Origin: Anolis carolinensis
Taxonomy: Eukaryota
Assembly: GCF_035594765.1 (NCBI RefSeq)
Contig: NC_085843.1
Coordinates: 234,151,971-234,215,970, forward strand
Direction of reading: 5' to 3'
DNA: 64,000 nt
Made by a program: the position numbers and the translations under genes. Of the stretch, positions 33,930-46,002 are shown piece after piece. Under the pieces are notes generated by a model. That model worked only from the letters and a program-made list of their open reading frames with translations. It did no database searches and had not been told where the DNA came from. Every line of letters starts with the position of its first letter. Position 1 is the stretch's first letter.

Positions 33930-35308
33930 CAGGGTTGCTGTGGGTTTTCTGGACTGTATGCTCATGTTCCAGAAGCATTTTCTCCATACATTTCACCCAC
34001 ATCTATGGCAGACATCCTCAGAGGTTGTGAGGTATATTGGAAACTAGGTCAGTGGGGTTTATATCTCTCTGTAAGGTCCAGGGTGGGAGAAAGAGCTCTT
34101 GTTTGTTGGAGGCAAGTGTGAATGTTGTAATTAACCACCTTGATTAACATTGAAAAGCCTTGCAGCTTCAAGGCCTGGCTGATTCCCGCCTGGGGGAATC
34201 CTTTGTTGGGAAGTGTTAAATGGCCCTGATTTTTCATGTCTAGAATTCCCGTTTTCAGAATGGTGTTTTTTGTTTACTGTCCTGATTTTAGAGTTTTTTT
34301 TAATACTGGTAGCCAGATTATGTTCATTTTCATGGTTTTCTCCTTTCTGTTGAAATTGTCCACATGCTTGTGGATTTCAGTAGCTTCTCTGTGTAGTCTG
34401 ACATGGTGGTTGTTAGAGTTGTCCAGCATTTCTGTGTTCTCAAATAATATGCTGTGTCCAGGTTGGTTCATCAAGTGCTCTGTTATGGCTGACTTCTCTG
34501 GTTGAAGGAGTCTGCAGTACCTTCTCAACAAAGAATTCCCTCAGGGAGTAAGCAGCATTCACAACTGCAACATTCACACTTGCCTCAGACAGACAAGAGT
34601 TCTTTCTCCCACAGATATATAAACCCCACTTGACTAGTATCCAAGAGACCTCACACCTTTGAGGATGCCTGCCATAGGTTTGGGTGAAACGTCAGGAGAG
34701 AATGCTTCTGGAACATGGCCATGTAGCCTGGAAATCTCCAGGTTCGTTCATCAAGTGCTCTGCTATGGCTGACTTTTCTGGTTGCACTAGTCTGCAGTGC
34801 CTGTCAAGTTCCTTGATTCTTGTTTGGGCAATGTTGCATTTGGTGGTCCCTATGTAGACTTGTCTACAGCTGAATGGTATAGGGTAGACTCCTGCAGAGG
34901 TGTCCTTTCAATGCTAATCAAGGTGGCCAATTAAAACATTCATACTTTTCAGAGAACAATTCTCTGAAAACAGAGAATTCCAACATGAAACAATAAGGGC
35001 AAGCTAACACCTCCCAACAAAGGATTCTCCTAGGCAGGAATCAGCCAGGCCTTGATGATGCAAGGTTTTTCAATGCTAATCAAGGTGATTAATTGCAACA
35101 TTCACACCTGCCTCCAACAGACAGAGTTCTTTCTCCCACCTGGACCTTCCACTCAACTTGCTTAGTTTCCAACATCTCACAACCTCTGAGAATGCCTGCC
35201 ACAGATGCAGGCAAAACGTCAGGAGAGAATACTTCTGGAGTATAGCCATACAGCCCGGAAAACTCACAGCAACCCAGTGATTCCGTCCATGAAAGCTTTC
35301 GACAACAT
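33930..35308. mobile_element. Penelope-like retroelement fragments (GIY-YIG remnants on minus strand, inverted pseudo-LTR pieces on plus strand)
   Basis: GVY..P.SC.QVYIGTTK and QPEKSAI.EH...EA.EIHKH..NFNR peptides; three pLTR pieces with hammerhead-like motifs. Confidence 0.85.
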
Positions 35309-35647
35309 ATTAAATAGGTTATTGACATCTGGCCAAGCTTACCTCCTCTCTGAGCAGTTGGGAATTTCAGGGAGGATGCCAAAGTCATAAACAGGAAGCA
35401 ATCCAACGACAGGAGTTGCCTCTAATAACACTCCCTCCGCCCACCGAGAATTCCCTCCCTAGGTGCGTCCAGGGGAGCATCTACACTGTAGAATTAATAC
35501 AGTTTGACACCACTTTAACTGCCATGGCTCAATGCTATGGAATCCTGTGCAGTTTGTTGGCAGAGAGGGTAAAGATCTTGTGAAACGACAACTCCCACGA
35601 GGCAGAACAGCTAAGGTGGTGTCAAACTGTATTAATTCTACAGTGTA

Positions 35648-35833
35648 GGCAAACTTGGTCCCTCCAAGTGTTTTGGACTTCAACTCCCACCGTTCCTCAC
35701 AGCCTCAGGCCCTTTCCTTTTCTCCCTCAGCCGCTTAAGCGGCTGAGGGAGAAAAGGAAACGGCCTGAGGCTGTGAGGAACGGTGGGAGTTGAAGTCCAA
35801 AACACCTCGAGGGCCCAAGTTTGCCCATGCCTG
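35648..35833. mobile_element. Near-perfect palindromic hAT MITE
   Basis: Fold-back of about 185 bp centred on ccgcttaagcgg; right end TTTGCCCATGCCTG. Confidence 0.8.
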
Positions 35834-35839
35834 GCGTAG

Positions 35840-36270
35840 ATGAACCGAGACCATGAGCCGATTTCACAGACCTGGAGGCCGCTCTCCTGCCTGTGCCAGC
35901 CAGGGCTCGCCCCGCGCTTCCCGGAGACCCTCCAGGGCGGGCTCTTTGCGGAGCTCCGCGGCCACTGTCGCCTTTCCTTGAGCCGATCCCGTTCATTCGC
36001 TGGCTCGATCCAAAGACGGAGGCGCTTGTGTCCATTGAAGAGACCGGACACCTCGCATCCTAGCCAATCGGCTTCCTCCGAACGCCTTAACGCCAGCGTT
36101 CTAAATCCGAACTCCGAAGACAACCGGAGAACCAATCAGGTGAGGGCAAGGGGGCGGGGCTCCAATGTGCCTTGCGGTAACGCGTGGCAGGCTGGGCTCT
36201 TGACGTCAGCGGGAAGGGCGTTCACCAGCTAGGAGGAAGGGGGCGTGGCTTGCCCGGGTGGCTGGCTGCT
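35840..36270 (-). promoter_or_regulatory. CpG-island promoter / non-coding first exon of AVPI1, with full CRE
   Basis: CpG-rich; three CCAAT boxes (about 36065, 36132, 36162), GC box at 36151, TGACGTCA at 36201-36208; about 4.5 kb upstream of the AVPI1 coding exon, which starts with a splice acceptor. Confidence 0.75.
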
Positions 36271-36419
36271 TTCTCTGTCTGGCAGGGAAGGAGTGGCCCT
36301 GTGTTTATTACACGGTACTAGTTTGGGTACTTGAAAAGGGCCTTGTTTGTTTTTGGGTGTTAGGTAATAGCAGTTTGCTCATATATTAGGCTATGTTTTA
36401 GGAAAAAAACTCAGTCTTT

Positions 36420-37545
36420 GCTGGGTTGTTGTGCATTTTCTGGGCTGTATGGCCATGTTCCAGAAGCATTCTCTCCTGACGTTTCGCCTACATCTCTGGC
36501 AGGCATCCTCAGTGGTTGGAAAACTATACAAGGGAGGTTTATATATATGTGGAAGCTCCAGGTTAGGAGGAAGAACTCTTGTCTGTTGGGAGGCCAGTAT
36601 GAGTGTTGTAATTAATCACCTTGATTAGCATTAATGGCCTTGCAAGCTTCATTCCTGCCTGGGGGAATGCTTTGTTCTGAGATGTTAGCTGCCCCTGATT
36701 GATTCATGTCTGCAATTCCTCTATTTTCAGAGTGTTGTTCTTTATTTGCTGTCCTGATTTTAGAGTTTTTAAAATACAGTAGAGTCTCACTTATCCAACA
36801 TAAACGGGCCGGCAGAACGTTGGATAAGCGTATGTGTTGGATAATAAGGAGGGATTAAGGAAAAGCCTATTAAACATCAAATTAGGTTATGATTTTACAA
36901 ATTAAGCACCAAAACATCATGTTATAAAACAAATTTGACAGAAAAAGTAGTTCAATACGCAGTAATGCTATGTAGTAATTACTGTATTTATGAATTTGGC
37001 ACCAAAATATCACGATGTATTGAAAACATTGACTACAAAAATGTGTTGGATAATCCAGAACGTTGGATAAGTGAGACACTACTGTACTGGTAGCCAGATT
37101 TTGTTCATTTTCATGGTTTCCTCCTTTCTGTTGAAATTGTCCACGTGTTTGTGGATTTGAATGGCTTCTCTGTGTAGTGTGACATGGTGGTTGTTAGAGT
37201 GGTCCAGCATTTCTGTGTTCTCAAATATACTGTGTCCAGGTTGGTTCATCGAGTGCTCTGCTATGGCTGACTTCTCTGGCTGAGTTATGTCTGCAGTGCC
37301 TTTCATGTTCCTTGAGTCATGTTTGAGCAATGCTGCCTTTGGTGGTCCCTATGTAGACTTGTCCACAGGTGCATGGTATACGGTCGACTCCTGCAGAGGT
37401 GAGAGGATCCCTCTTGTCTTTCGCAGAATGTAGTATTTGTCTGTAGTTTGTAGGTTGTGCTTCTTCATCAGCTTCTCTGTGCGGTCAGTGGTTCTCTTGA
37501 TGTATGTTAAGAACACTTTTCCTCTGGGTGGATCTTTGTCTTTAC
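36420..37545 (-). mobile_element. Penelope-like element 3' part (GIY-YIG plus pLTR)
   Basis: ORF 37079-37330 QPEKSAIAEH...NFNRKEE and upstream YIGTTK; interrupted by a MITE. Confidence 0.85.
36777..37084. mobile_element. Tc1/mariner MITE nested in Penelope
   Basis: TIRs with TA duplication. Confidence 0.9.
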
Positions 37546-38025
37546 TCTCATAGCTTGTTCTCTGCTTTTGTTTTTTATGAATACAGTACTCCTATAAGAA
37601 AATGCATAAGGATGTGAGTGAATTACAGTTCCCAAAAATCTTGGCTCAAAACTCCCCCAGTATTCACAGTTGGCCATATTGGGTCTGTGTGCCAAGTTTG
37701 GTCCAGACCAGTCATTTGCTGGGTCCAGTGTTCTCTGAATACAGGTGAACTACACTCCCAGATTTCCAGGGCAATCACCCCAAAACCATGCCAGTATTCA
37801 CAACGTCTTCTAACTCCCAACACTGGCTTCTGCACTCTAGTGGACTCAAGCCTCAATGTCTTCTAACTCTTAACACTGGCTTAGCACTCTAACACACTCA
37901 AGCCTCAACTGTCAATTCTAACTGTCTTCCTTTCAAAATGCATTCTAAATGGTCACATGATCTGCAGCCCCTCCCACTGCTTCAAGTACATAGAGCTAAG
38001 AAAACTGCAAACCAAAGAAGACATA

Positions 38026-38341
38026 GTAAAGGAAAAGGATTTCCCTTGATGTTAAGTCTAGTTGTGTCCGACTCTGGGGTGTGGTGCTCATCTCCATTTC
38101 TAAGCTGAAGAGCCGGCGTTGTCCATGGACACTTCCAAGATCATGTGGCCGGCATGACTGCATGGCATGCTGTTACCTTCCTACCTATTTATCTACTCAC
38201 ATTTGCATGTTTTCGAACTGCTAGGTTGGCAAAAGCTGAGGTTAACAGCAGGAGCTTACCCCGCTCCATGGATTTGAACTGCTGACCTTTTGGTCAACAT
38301 TTTCAGCAACTCAGCGGTTTCACCCGCTGCACCATCGGGGG
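38026..38341 (-). mobile_element. Sauria SINE (diverged)
   Basis: Same core as the other copies. Confidence 0.85.
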
Positions 38342-38839
38342 CATACACTTCAAGAAATAAACCAACACATTATAAAATGGACAAAATATCAGATTGAGGA
38401 GGCTTGAGAAGGTTGCTATCTTCAACAATCAATGCAATTTGGCACCACCTTAATCACCATGGCTCAATGGTATAGAACCCTAGGAGTTGTAGTTTTACAA
38501 GGTCTTCTTTGTCAAATAGTGTGGGTGCCTCACCAAACTGCTGGTGCCTCACCAAACTGGTTCCATAGCGTTGAGCCATGACAGTTTAAAGTGGTATTAA
38601 ACTGCATTAATTCTGCAGTGTAGATGCAAATTTAGTGAGACCTCATAAGGTGGAGCAACACATACACACACACACATATATATATATAACTTTGGCACAC
38701 AGACTTTTGCCTCACTTTGGTGTGAGCGGATCCTTTATAGAAAAGAAGTCTGCCTACTGTAACTAGATCTGAATTAGGGCTGCCAAAATGAAAGCTAGAG
38801 AATCTCCTTGTGCTTTTAATGGTTACTTCAACCTGGGAA

Positions 38840-39401
38840 CAGTGGTGACACTGGGTGACACCCTTAGAGGTGATGATACCAAAATGACTTATCTATAAGA
38901 TTTTTCTGGAGTGTTTCAACAGAAAAGTATTTCTTTGAAAAGATGTCCATGTAGTCAGATACAACCACCAAGACATTTTTCATCAGCTCTGCTTACAAGT
39001 ACTGTATCAGTACACCCCCAAGGCTAAAACACTGTGCTAGTTTGTTTTTTGAGTCTTCTAATAATGTGCATGCACTCTAGTCAGAACGGTCATTATAATC
39101 CAATTACAGTTATGCTTTGAACCACATGGTTTTGTCTAAACAGGCTACAAGCACACACCATGTTTTTTGTTGCTACAGTTTGCTACAGCAGGGCTGACGA
39201 AAATGCTTTCGTGGTTGCATCTGATTACATGGATATCTTTACAAAGAAATACTTTTCTACTGAAACACTGCAGAAAATCACAGATTTTGTAAACTTTTCT
39301 GGTATCTTAACAACCAGATTGTGGTCTGGTCTGGATGGAGGTTAATAGAGCTGACACCATGAGTTATCACACCAAGTGATACCAGCCTTAGTGATGTTAC
39401 T
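38840..39401. mobile_element. Old non-autonomous DNA element with long diverged inverted arms
   Basis: 38895-39010 is the approximate reverse complement of 39172-39285; left end CAGTGGTGACACT. Confidence 0.55.
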
Positions 39402-40114
39402 ATGGGAAGACCATATTCCAATGGCTTGACTTGGAGGTCTCCCATTCCTAAGATCACCATAAATAAGTCGACTTGATGGCACTTAACAGAACAGCAAAGA
39501 TATGGGCAATCGATCAGGGTTTGTTTATTATCTAGTTGCATAGCAAGCTGCCTCCGCTTAAGTCCCCTTTTCTATGCGAGCATCAAAGATACAGGAACCC
39601 CCTCCACTTTTCACTCTGGCAAAACCCTGCCCACTGTTTCCTATTTTGCTAGAAATTGCTAGTTTAGTCATGCCACCATGCTTTGTTTTTCAGTCTTGCA
39701 TGTTCATACCTGTTTGTAAAAGAGATTGGTCTGATCAGGGCAGAATAGTCTTTATAGCAAGCTTGTGGAGAGCCACACAGCACTTGCAGGGCCCTTCCAC
39801 GCTATGCTTTATAGTGCTATTATTTGGCTTCAACTGCCATGACAACATTGTATGGAATGCTTGGATTAGGGAGGAGAAGTAAGACCTCTTATTTGCAAAG
39901 AAGTTGTTGCTGTTGTTGTGTGTCTTTCAAGTCAGTGTAAGGTCACCCAAAGGTGAACCTGCATATAATGGGATTTCAGGAGGCTGAGAATGTGTGACTT
40001 GCTCAATGGCACCTAGTGGGTTTTCACGGCTGAACTGGGATTTAAACTCTACTACCCAGGATCATAGCCCAACGCTCAATTCACTATTCTATTCTGCCTC
40101 ACAGAAAACTCTTA

Positions 40115-40446
40115 GGTAAAGGTAAAGGTTTTCCCCTGACGATAAGTCCAGTCGTGACCGACTCTGTGGGTTGGTGCTCATCTCCATTTCTAAGCCGAAG
40201 AGCCGGCATTGTCCATAGACACCTCCAAGGTCATGTGGCTGGCATGACTGCATGGAGCGCCGTTACCTTCCTGCCGGAGCGGTACCTATTGATCTACTCA
40301 CATTTGCATGTTTTCGAACTGCTAGGTTGGCAGGAGCTGGGGCTAACAGTGGGCGCTCATTCCGCTCCAGGATTTGAACCTGGCGTCTTTTGGTCCGCAA
40401 GTTCAGCAGCTCAACGCTTTAACGCACTGTGCCACCAGGGGCCCCT
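40115..40446 (-). mobile_element. Sauria SINE
   Basis: Full length, (ACCTTT)n tail. Confidence 0.9.
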
Positions 40447-41409
40447 TAGGCCTCCCTAAATGGTACCCCAGAATCTGCAAGATGCAGCCATCATAGTTAA
40501 AGTGGAATACTAGCACTATAACAATGTAATATGATTCGAACATATGTAAAAAGGCCAGTGAAGAAGGAAGACATGAGACTGGCAGCTCCCTCCTGCATGC
40601 CAGGAAACCAAAAGTTAAGCAGAGCCCTCAGGCAGAAATTCTTGGCATGATGTTGTTTGGAAAAGCAGAAAGAGTGGCATCAAATTTATCTTGTCTTTCT
40701 AGTCTCCAAAAAGAGATCCAATTTGTGTTCTTTGCCACAGAAAATACAGTAATGTTTCACAGTGTTCATATTCTATCCATGGACAGACATACTTGTTCTT
40801 TTCAGAGCCCTCAAAGAGTGTCCTAGAACGGATAAAGTTTATTTATAATCAGTGAAAATTGTACAGAAGTAGATTCACCTTGTTGAAAGCTTCAGGAAAC
40901 TTCAGTTTCTCAGTTTGTCACTCTGGCTGAAGCTATCATTAAATGTTTTTTCCAAAGTTCAATAAATAGACAACCTGCTCATTCTCCCATTGTGATTTAA
41001 AAACTTAAGAGTGCTTAATGGGAGTGTTAATGCTAACACTAGGAGCCCCTAGTGATGTAATGGGTTAAACCCTCGTGCCGGCAGGAATGATGACTTGAAG
41101 GTTGGATTGCTGTTTGAATCCAGCCCGATGAGAGCGTTCCTGACATGAATTTTTTTTTTTCATAATGGACTGGGTATATATTTTATACAAATTTCTTCTG
41201 CACTCATGTAGAAAAAATGGTCATGACTGAGGAAGCTCCATGAAAATTAATGCCATGCAGCACATAGGGAATTTGTTGTTCACATGATCTTATGAAAGCC
41301 GGGAAGTCTGTCAACTTCAGAATTAGAATGATTTCAATAAAGGGTCCTTGTATTTTTGAGTGGAAAATCACCCCCCCCCCATTACTTTGGTGGAGAACAG
41401 GCTGGAATG

Positions 41410-42860
41410 ATACTAAATAACTACTGGCCTATTTCCAGTCTCCTCTTTCTGGGCAAGGTTCTGGAGCGGGTGGTGGCCTCTCAACTCCAAGGCTTCTTGG
41501 ATGAAGCCAATTATCTTGATCCTTTGCAGTCTGGTTTAAGGCCTCATCACAGAACAGCTTTGGTCACCTTGGTGGATGGCCTCTGCAGAGAACTGGACGG
41601 GGAGTATGTCCCTGCTAGTTCTCTTGGATCTCTCAGTGGCTTTTGATACAATTGATCATGATATCTTTCTGGGTCGGCTCTCCAGAATTGGGGCATTGCT
41701 TTGCAGTGGCTTCGCTCCTTCATGGAGGACCCTTTCTAGATGGTGATGCTGGGGGACACTTGCTCGGACCTCTGTCCATTGACCTGTGGGGTCCCCAAGT
41801 TCTATTCTGTCCCCCATGTTCTTTAATATCTACATGAAACCACTGGGTGAGGTCATCTGGAGTTTTGGAGTTGGATGCCATTTCCACACAGATGACACAC
41901 AACTCTTTTTCACCCAAATCCAAGGAAGCTCCTTGGATCCTAGACTAGTGTCTGACAGCAGCAATGGACTGGATGAGGGCTAATAAGTTGAAGCTCAGTC
42001 CAGACAAGACAGAAGCCCTCCTGGTCAGTCGTGGGGTTGATCGGGGTATAGGGTGGCAATGTACTCAACGGGGTTATATTCCCCCTGAGAATACAGGTCC
42101 GCAGTCTGGAGGTCCTCCTGGATTCAGCGTTGATGCTTAAAACTCAGGTGTCGACAGTTGCCGGGAGGGTCTTTGCACAGCTGAAGCTTGTGTGTCAGCT
42201 GCGACCGTACCTCGAAAAGCCTGACTTGGCCATGGTGGTCCATGCCTTAGTTACATCTAGAATGGATTACTGCAATGCACTCTACATGGGGTTGCCTTTG
42301 AAAATGGCTCAGAAACTACAATTGGTGCAAAGATTAGCAGCCAGATTACTAATTGGGGCTGACTTTAGGGAGCATACTATGCTCCTATCGAAATAGCTCC
42401 ACTGGCTGCCAACAAGTTTCCAGGCCCAATTCAAAGTGCAGGTTATTACCTACAAAGCCCTATACGGTTTGGGTCCAACCTATCTTCTTGACTGCATCTC
42501 CCCCTATGAACTGGCATAGGCTCTAAGATCTGCTGGGGAGGCTCTTCCGTCTCGAGTGTGGATGGTGGGGACGAGAGAGAGGGCTTTCTCGGTGGTGGCC
42601 CCCGGCTTTGGAACACCCTCCCCTGGGAATTTAGGCAAGTCCCCACACTACAGTACTTTAGAAAAGAATCAAAAACATGGCTGTTTCAGCAGGCTTTTCA
42701 CACTGTTAGACAACTGCCAACCTAATTGCCATTAGAATTACATTGTTTAAGGTAATACAGCTGCTGAACCGTTGTATGGATCTTTTAAATAGAGATATAT
42801 TTTACTGCCTCTATTTAATTGAAGTTCCTTTTATTAATTTTATATGTTGGTTTTTATCTA
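41410..42860 (+). mobile_element. L2-clade LINE, RT to 3' end (frameshifted)
   Basis: NY.PIS.L.FLGKVLERVV..QL, SILSPMFFNIYM, TDDTQL and HALVTSRMDYCNALY motifs. Confidence 0.9.
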
Positions 42861-42864
42861 TCTA

Positions 42865-43692
42865 CTGTACTACAGTCTCCCTGCCTGAGCTAGGGGGGGT
42901 GGTCTCGGGCCTGGCGTTGGAGTCCCAGCGGCTTATTGTGCTGGGGGACTTCAATGTCCATGCTGAGACCATCCTTACGGGAGTGACTCAGGACTTCATG
43001 GCCACCATGGCAACCATGGGGTTGTCCCAACTGGTATCTGGTCCCACCCACAGAGCGGGGCACACACTTGACTTGGTTTTCTGCCAAGGATGGGAGGAAG
43101 GTGGCAGTGTGGAGGAGCTGAACGTCGCTCCGTTGCCATGGACCGACCATCACCTGATCAGGTTTAGGCTTACTGCGCCCCCTAACCTCCATAGGGGTGG
43201 AGGACCTATTAAAATGGTCCGCCCCAGGAGGCTTACGGCTCTTGGGGAGTTTCCCCGCCACCTCAGTTGGTCTTTCTCTGGAATGGGGAGGTGACTAGGG
43301 CAATAGACACGATCTCTCCAGAACGTCCCCTCTCAAGTACCCGAGCTAAACCAGCTCCTTGGTTCACCGAGGAGTTGGCAGTAATGAAGCGAAAGAAGAG
43401 GGAAGTAGAGTGCATGTGGCATTTGGAGTGGAACGAATCAAACCGAACACAGCTATGCTCTTATCTAAGGACATATGTCGCAGTAATAGATGCTGCAAAG
43501 AACTCTTTCTTTGCAGCTAATATTGCGTCTGCAAAAAACCGTTCGGCGGAGCTGTTTCGGGTTGTCAGAGGTTTGTTAAATCCCGTATTTGTTAAATGCC
43601 GTATTATATTGTATATGTTATGGCACTATTGTGTATCATTGTGCCTATGGGAGATGAAGGCAGGGTATAAATAACGGATTATTATTATTATT
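42865..43692 (+). mobile_element. L2-clade LINE, APE endonuclease fragment joined to a 3' tail
   Basis: IVLGDFNVH, PTH.AGHTLDLVF, TDHHLI, APWFT motifs. Confidence 0.85.
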
Positions 43693-43979
43693 AATCCCCA
43701 TGAAGATGGGAACACACCAGATATGTCCTCCTTCCTATTCAGTTTCATGTCTGAAAAGGCCCTCAGAAAGATTTGTGTATCCAAAAAACTGACCAGACTC
43801 AAGTTCATAATTTAAAACAGTGTGGCTCAAAAGGGAAAGAAGAATGAGAAAATTCAGACACAGCTTAATGTGTTTCCTCAGTCTGGGATACAGCTAGGGA
43901 GAGGTGAGCCCAGGAAACTGGCTTACCAGGAGACGTTTTTCTCATTTCCCTTTTGTCTGATGGCATGGGGTTTTTGTGT

Positions 43980-44180
43980 GTGTGTCAGGAGCGACTTGAG
44001 AAACTGCAAGTTGCTTCTGGTGTGAGAGAATTAGCCATCTGCAAGGATGTTGCTCAGGGAACGCCCAAATGTATGATGTTTTTACCATTCTTGTGGGAGG
44101 ATTCTCACATGGCGAGTTGGAGCTGACAGAGGGAGCTCACCCGTTCTCCTTGGATTCAAACTGCGGCACAAGAGTTTAAC
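43980..44180 (-). mobile_element. AnolisSINE2-like SINE, partial
   Basis: gtgtcaggagcgacttgagaaactgcaagttgcttctgg family sequence. Confidence 0.75.
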
Positions 44181-45073
44181 AATGATTAACAGATTACGAT
44201 AACTTCTTTCAACTCAACACATTCTTTTCCCTCTCTGTTAGGCCAGAAGTGTGGGAAGAAATAAGACACTTTCTTCTTCAGACTATGAAGAGCTGATATG
44301 AGCTGTGATACTCAGATAATAGCAATGTGGAGCTCTCTTGCACTATTTTTATGTAGTGATATTGACTATGGTATCTGTTACTCCTGATTACCATAATTTG
44401 AAGTGATTATGTCCAGGCTTTTACACATTCCAACACACATGGCAGAGTGCACATTGGATCATAGCACCTTTAAGATGAACATGTTGTATTTGGCAAAAAG
44501 TTTCAAAGGCTACATCCCGTTTCACCAGAAAAACAATGTTACCTCAGTTTGCAGATTTGATACACAATCTTCACATTGAGGCAACATTCTGTGAATTGAA
44601 CTCATTGCACTATAACACATAAGTGTTTGTGTCAAATAAATTCTGTTCTCCTCCAAACTGCCACAAAGGCAAAGTTTTGATTTGGGCAGTCAGTTGGCTC
44701 AAGCACCAGATTTCTCAGAGTGCGGCTGAGTAAATGGATGCATTGCTAAAGAAGGCAGCTCCGATCCTTTAGGAGTTCTCTCAGCTGGGATTGCAGGGGT
44801 GTGGAGGAGAGATGGAGTGAGTGAGCTCTCCAAAGAGGGGAAGGGAAAGAGAAACACCCAGAGAAGAGGAGGGGCAAAGGGGGTGTGGGGGGGGGGGGCA
44901 GGGAGGGGCAGACCCTGGAAGCTGAGAGGCCCCAGTGCAGGAAAGACCGTTAAACTGCAGATGTTTGGCAGCTGCAGGCAGAGGAAGTGCCTGAGAAGGA
45001 GGGGTGAGGATTGCTCGGCTGCGGAAGGCACAACAAGGGGGACTGGAGCAACCGGAGGCCCTGGAGTTACAGC

Positions 45074-45601
45074 ATGGCTCTCCCACCACCCCCCTCCTCG
45101 CCACCACCCCCTTGCCCAGCATCTCGAGAGTCTCTGAGTTGCAACTGGGACTTTCTGCAAAGTCTGTTGGGAGTGCTGCGCATTATACAGCTGCTGTCAG
45201 GTGCTATCTGCTGGATGATTTTAGCAGCACACAAATATGAAGGTGCAACCTACTTTGCAGTCTTTGCGGCTGTTCTGGTGTGGCTGCTAACCTTGGTGAT
45301 CTTTGGGCTCAGCCTGTTGGGCCGCTGGTCTCTCGTGCCAGTTCTGGGAACCCGGTGGCTCTTGACAAACATTGTGCATGACTTGTTGCTTGGAGTCATC
45401 CTTTTTACGGCTGCTGCAGGTATCATGGGGCATAAGACCCAGAGTTTCAGCTATTGCAACCTGCGAGGCTATACTAAGCCCTGCAGTTACGGTGCCTATG
45501 TGGCTGTGGCTGTTTTTGCCGGTGTCACTGCCTTCTTATACCTTCTTTCAGGACTCTACTGCCTGGCACGGCGTTTTCGGGGACACCTGGACATCAACTA
45601 A
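45074..45601 (+). CDS. MARVELD1: MARVEL domain-containing protein 1, 175 aa, intronless CDS
   Basis: MALPPPP...FLQSLLGVLRIIQLL...LVPVLGTRWL..N..HD...SYCNL..Y..PC.Y: four hydrophobic segments; syntenic position next to AVPI1. ATG 45074 preferred over the TTG at 45011. Confidence 0.93.
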   Translation: MALPPPPSSPPPPCPASRESLSCNWDFLQSLLGVLRIIQLLSGAICWMILAAHKYEGATYFAVFAAVLVWLLTLVIFGLSLLGRWSLVPVLGTRWLLTNIVHDLLLGVILFTAAAGIMGHKTQSFSYCNLRGYTKPCSYGAYVAVAVFAGVTAFLYLLSGLYCLARRFRGHLDIN

Positions 45602-46002
45602 GAGATGTGAAAGAAAGATGAAGAGAGATGGACAGGCCCTTCTTCAGTCAGCCAGACAAGTCTCACACGTGTCACCTTCAAGATGAACATGCTTTATTTG
45701 GCCAAAGATTTCATCAGTTACATCCCATTTCATCAGATGGAACGAGATGTAGCCCACAGACTGTTCACTGTTGAAGACCCATCATTATCTTCCTGGTGGA
45801 CAAACACCTCTCCTTGGTTTCTTCTGCACTGATGTTGCCTATAGGCAGTCTGACTCTCTTCATCAATGGATGAATAATACCTCCTTTCAGCATGCAGAAG
45901 CTACAAATGGTCTGTCCTTTGGTCTTCTTTATTTTTCCTTCAGTTTACAGGTGGGTCACTGGAAGCCTGGAAATATTTGGCCCAACCTGTGATTCCAACA
46001 TA

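Noticed and set aside
35680-36232. ORFs of 102-151 aa over the AVPI1 CpG island
   Set aside because: No recognisable homology; they span a MITE and GC-rich promoter sequence.
37805-37925. Short imperfect repeats (tctaactc..aacactggctt) as a CRISPR-like or structured array
   Set aside because: Only 2-3 degenerate units with no unique spacers, in a vertebrate genome.
42743-43674. Novel 183-aa and 135-aa protein genes
   Set aside because: Frameshifted L2 endonuclease remnants.
45011-45073. TTG-initiated N-terminal extension of MARVELD1
   Set aside because: Homology begins at ATG 45074, which has a good Kozak context (agcATGg).
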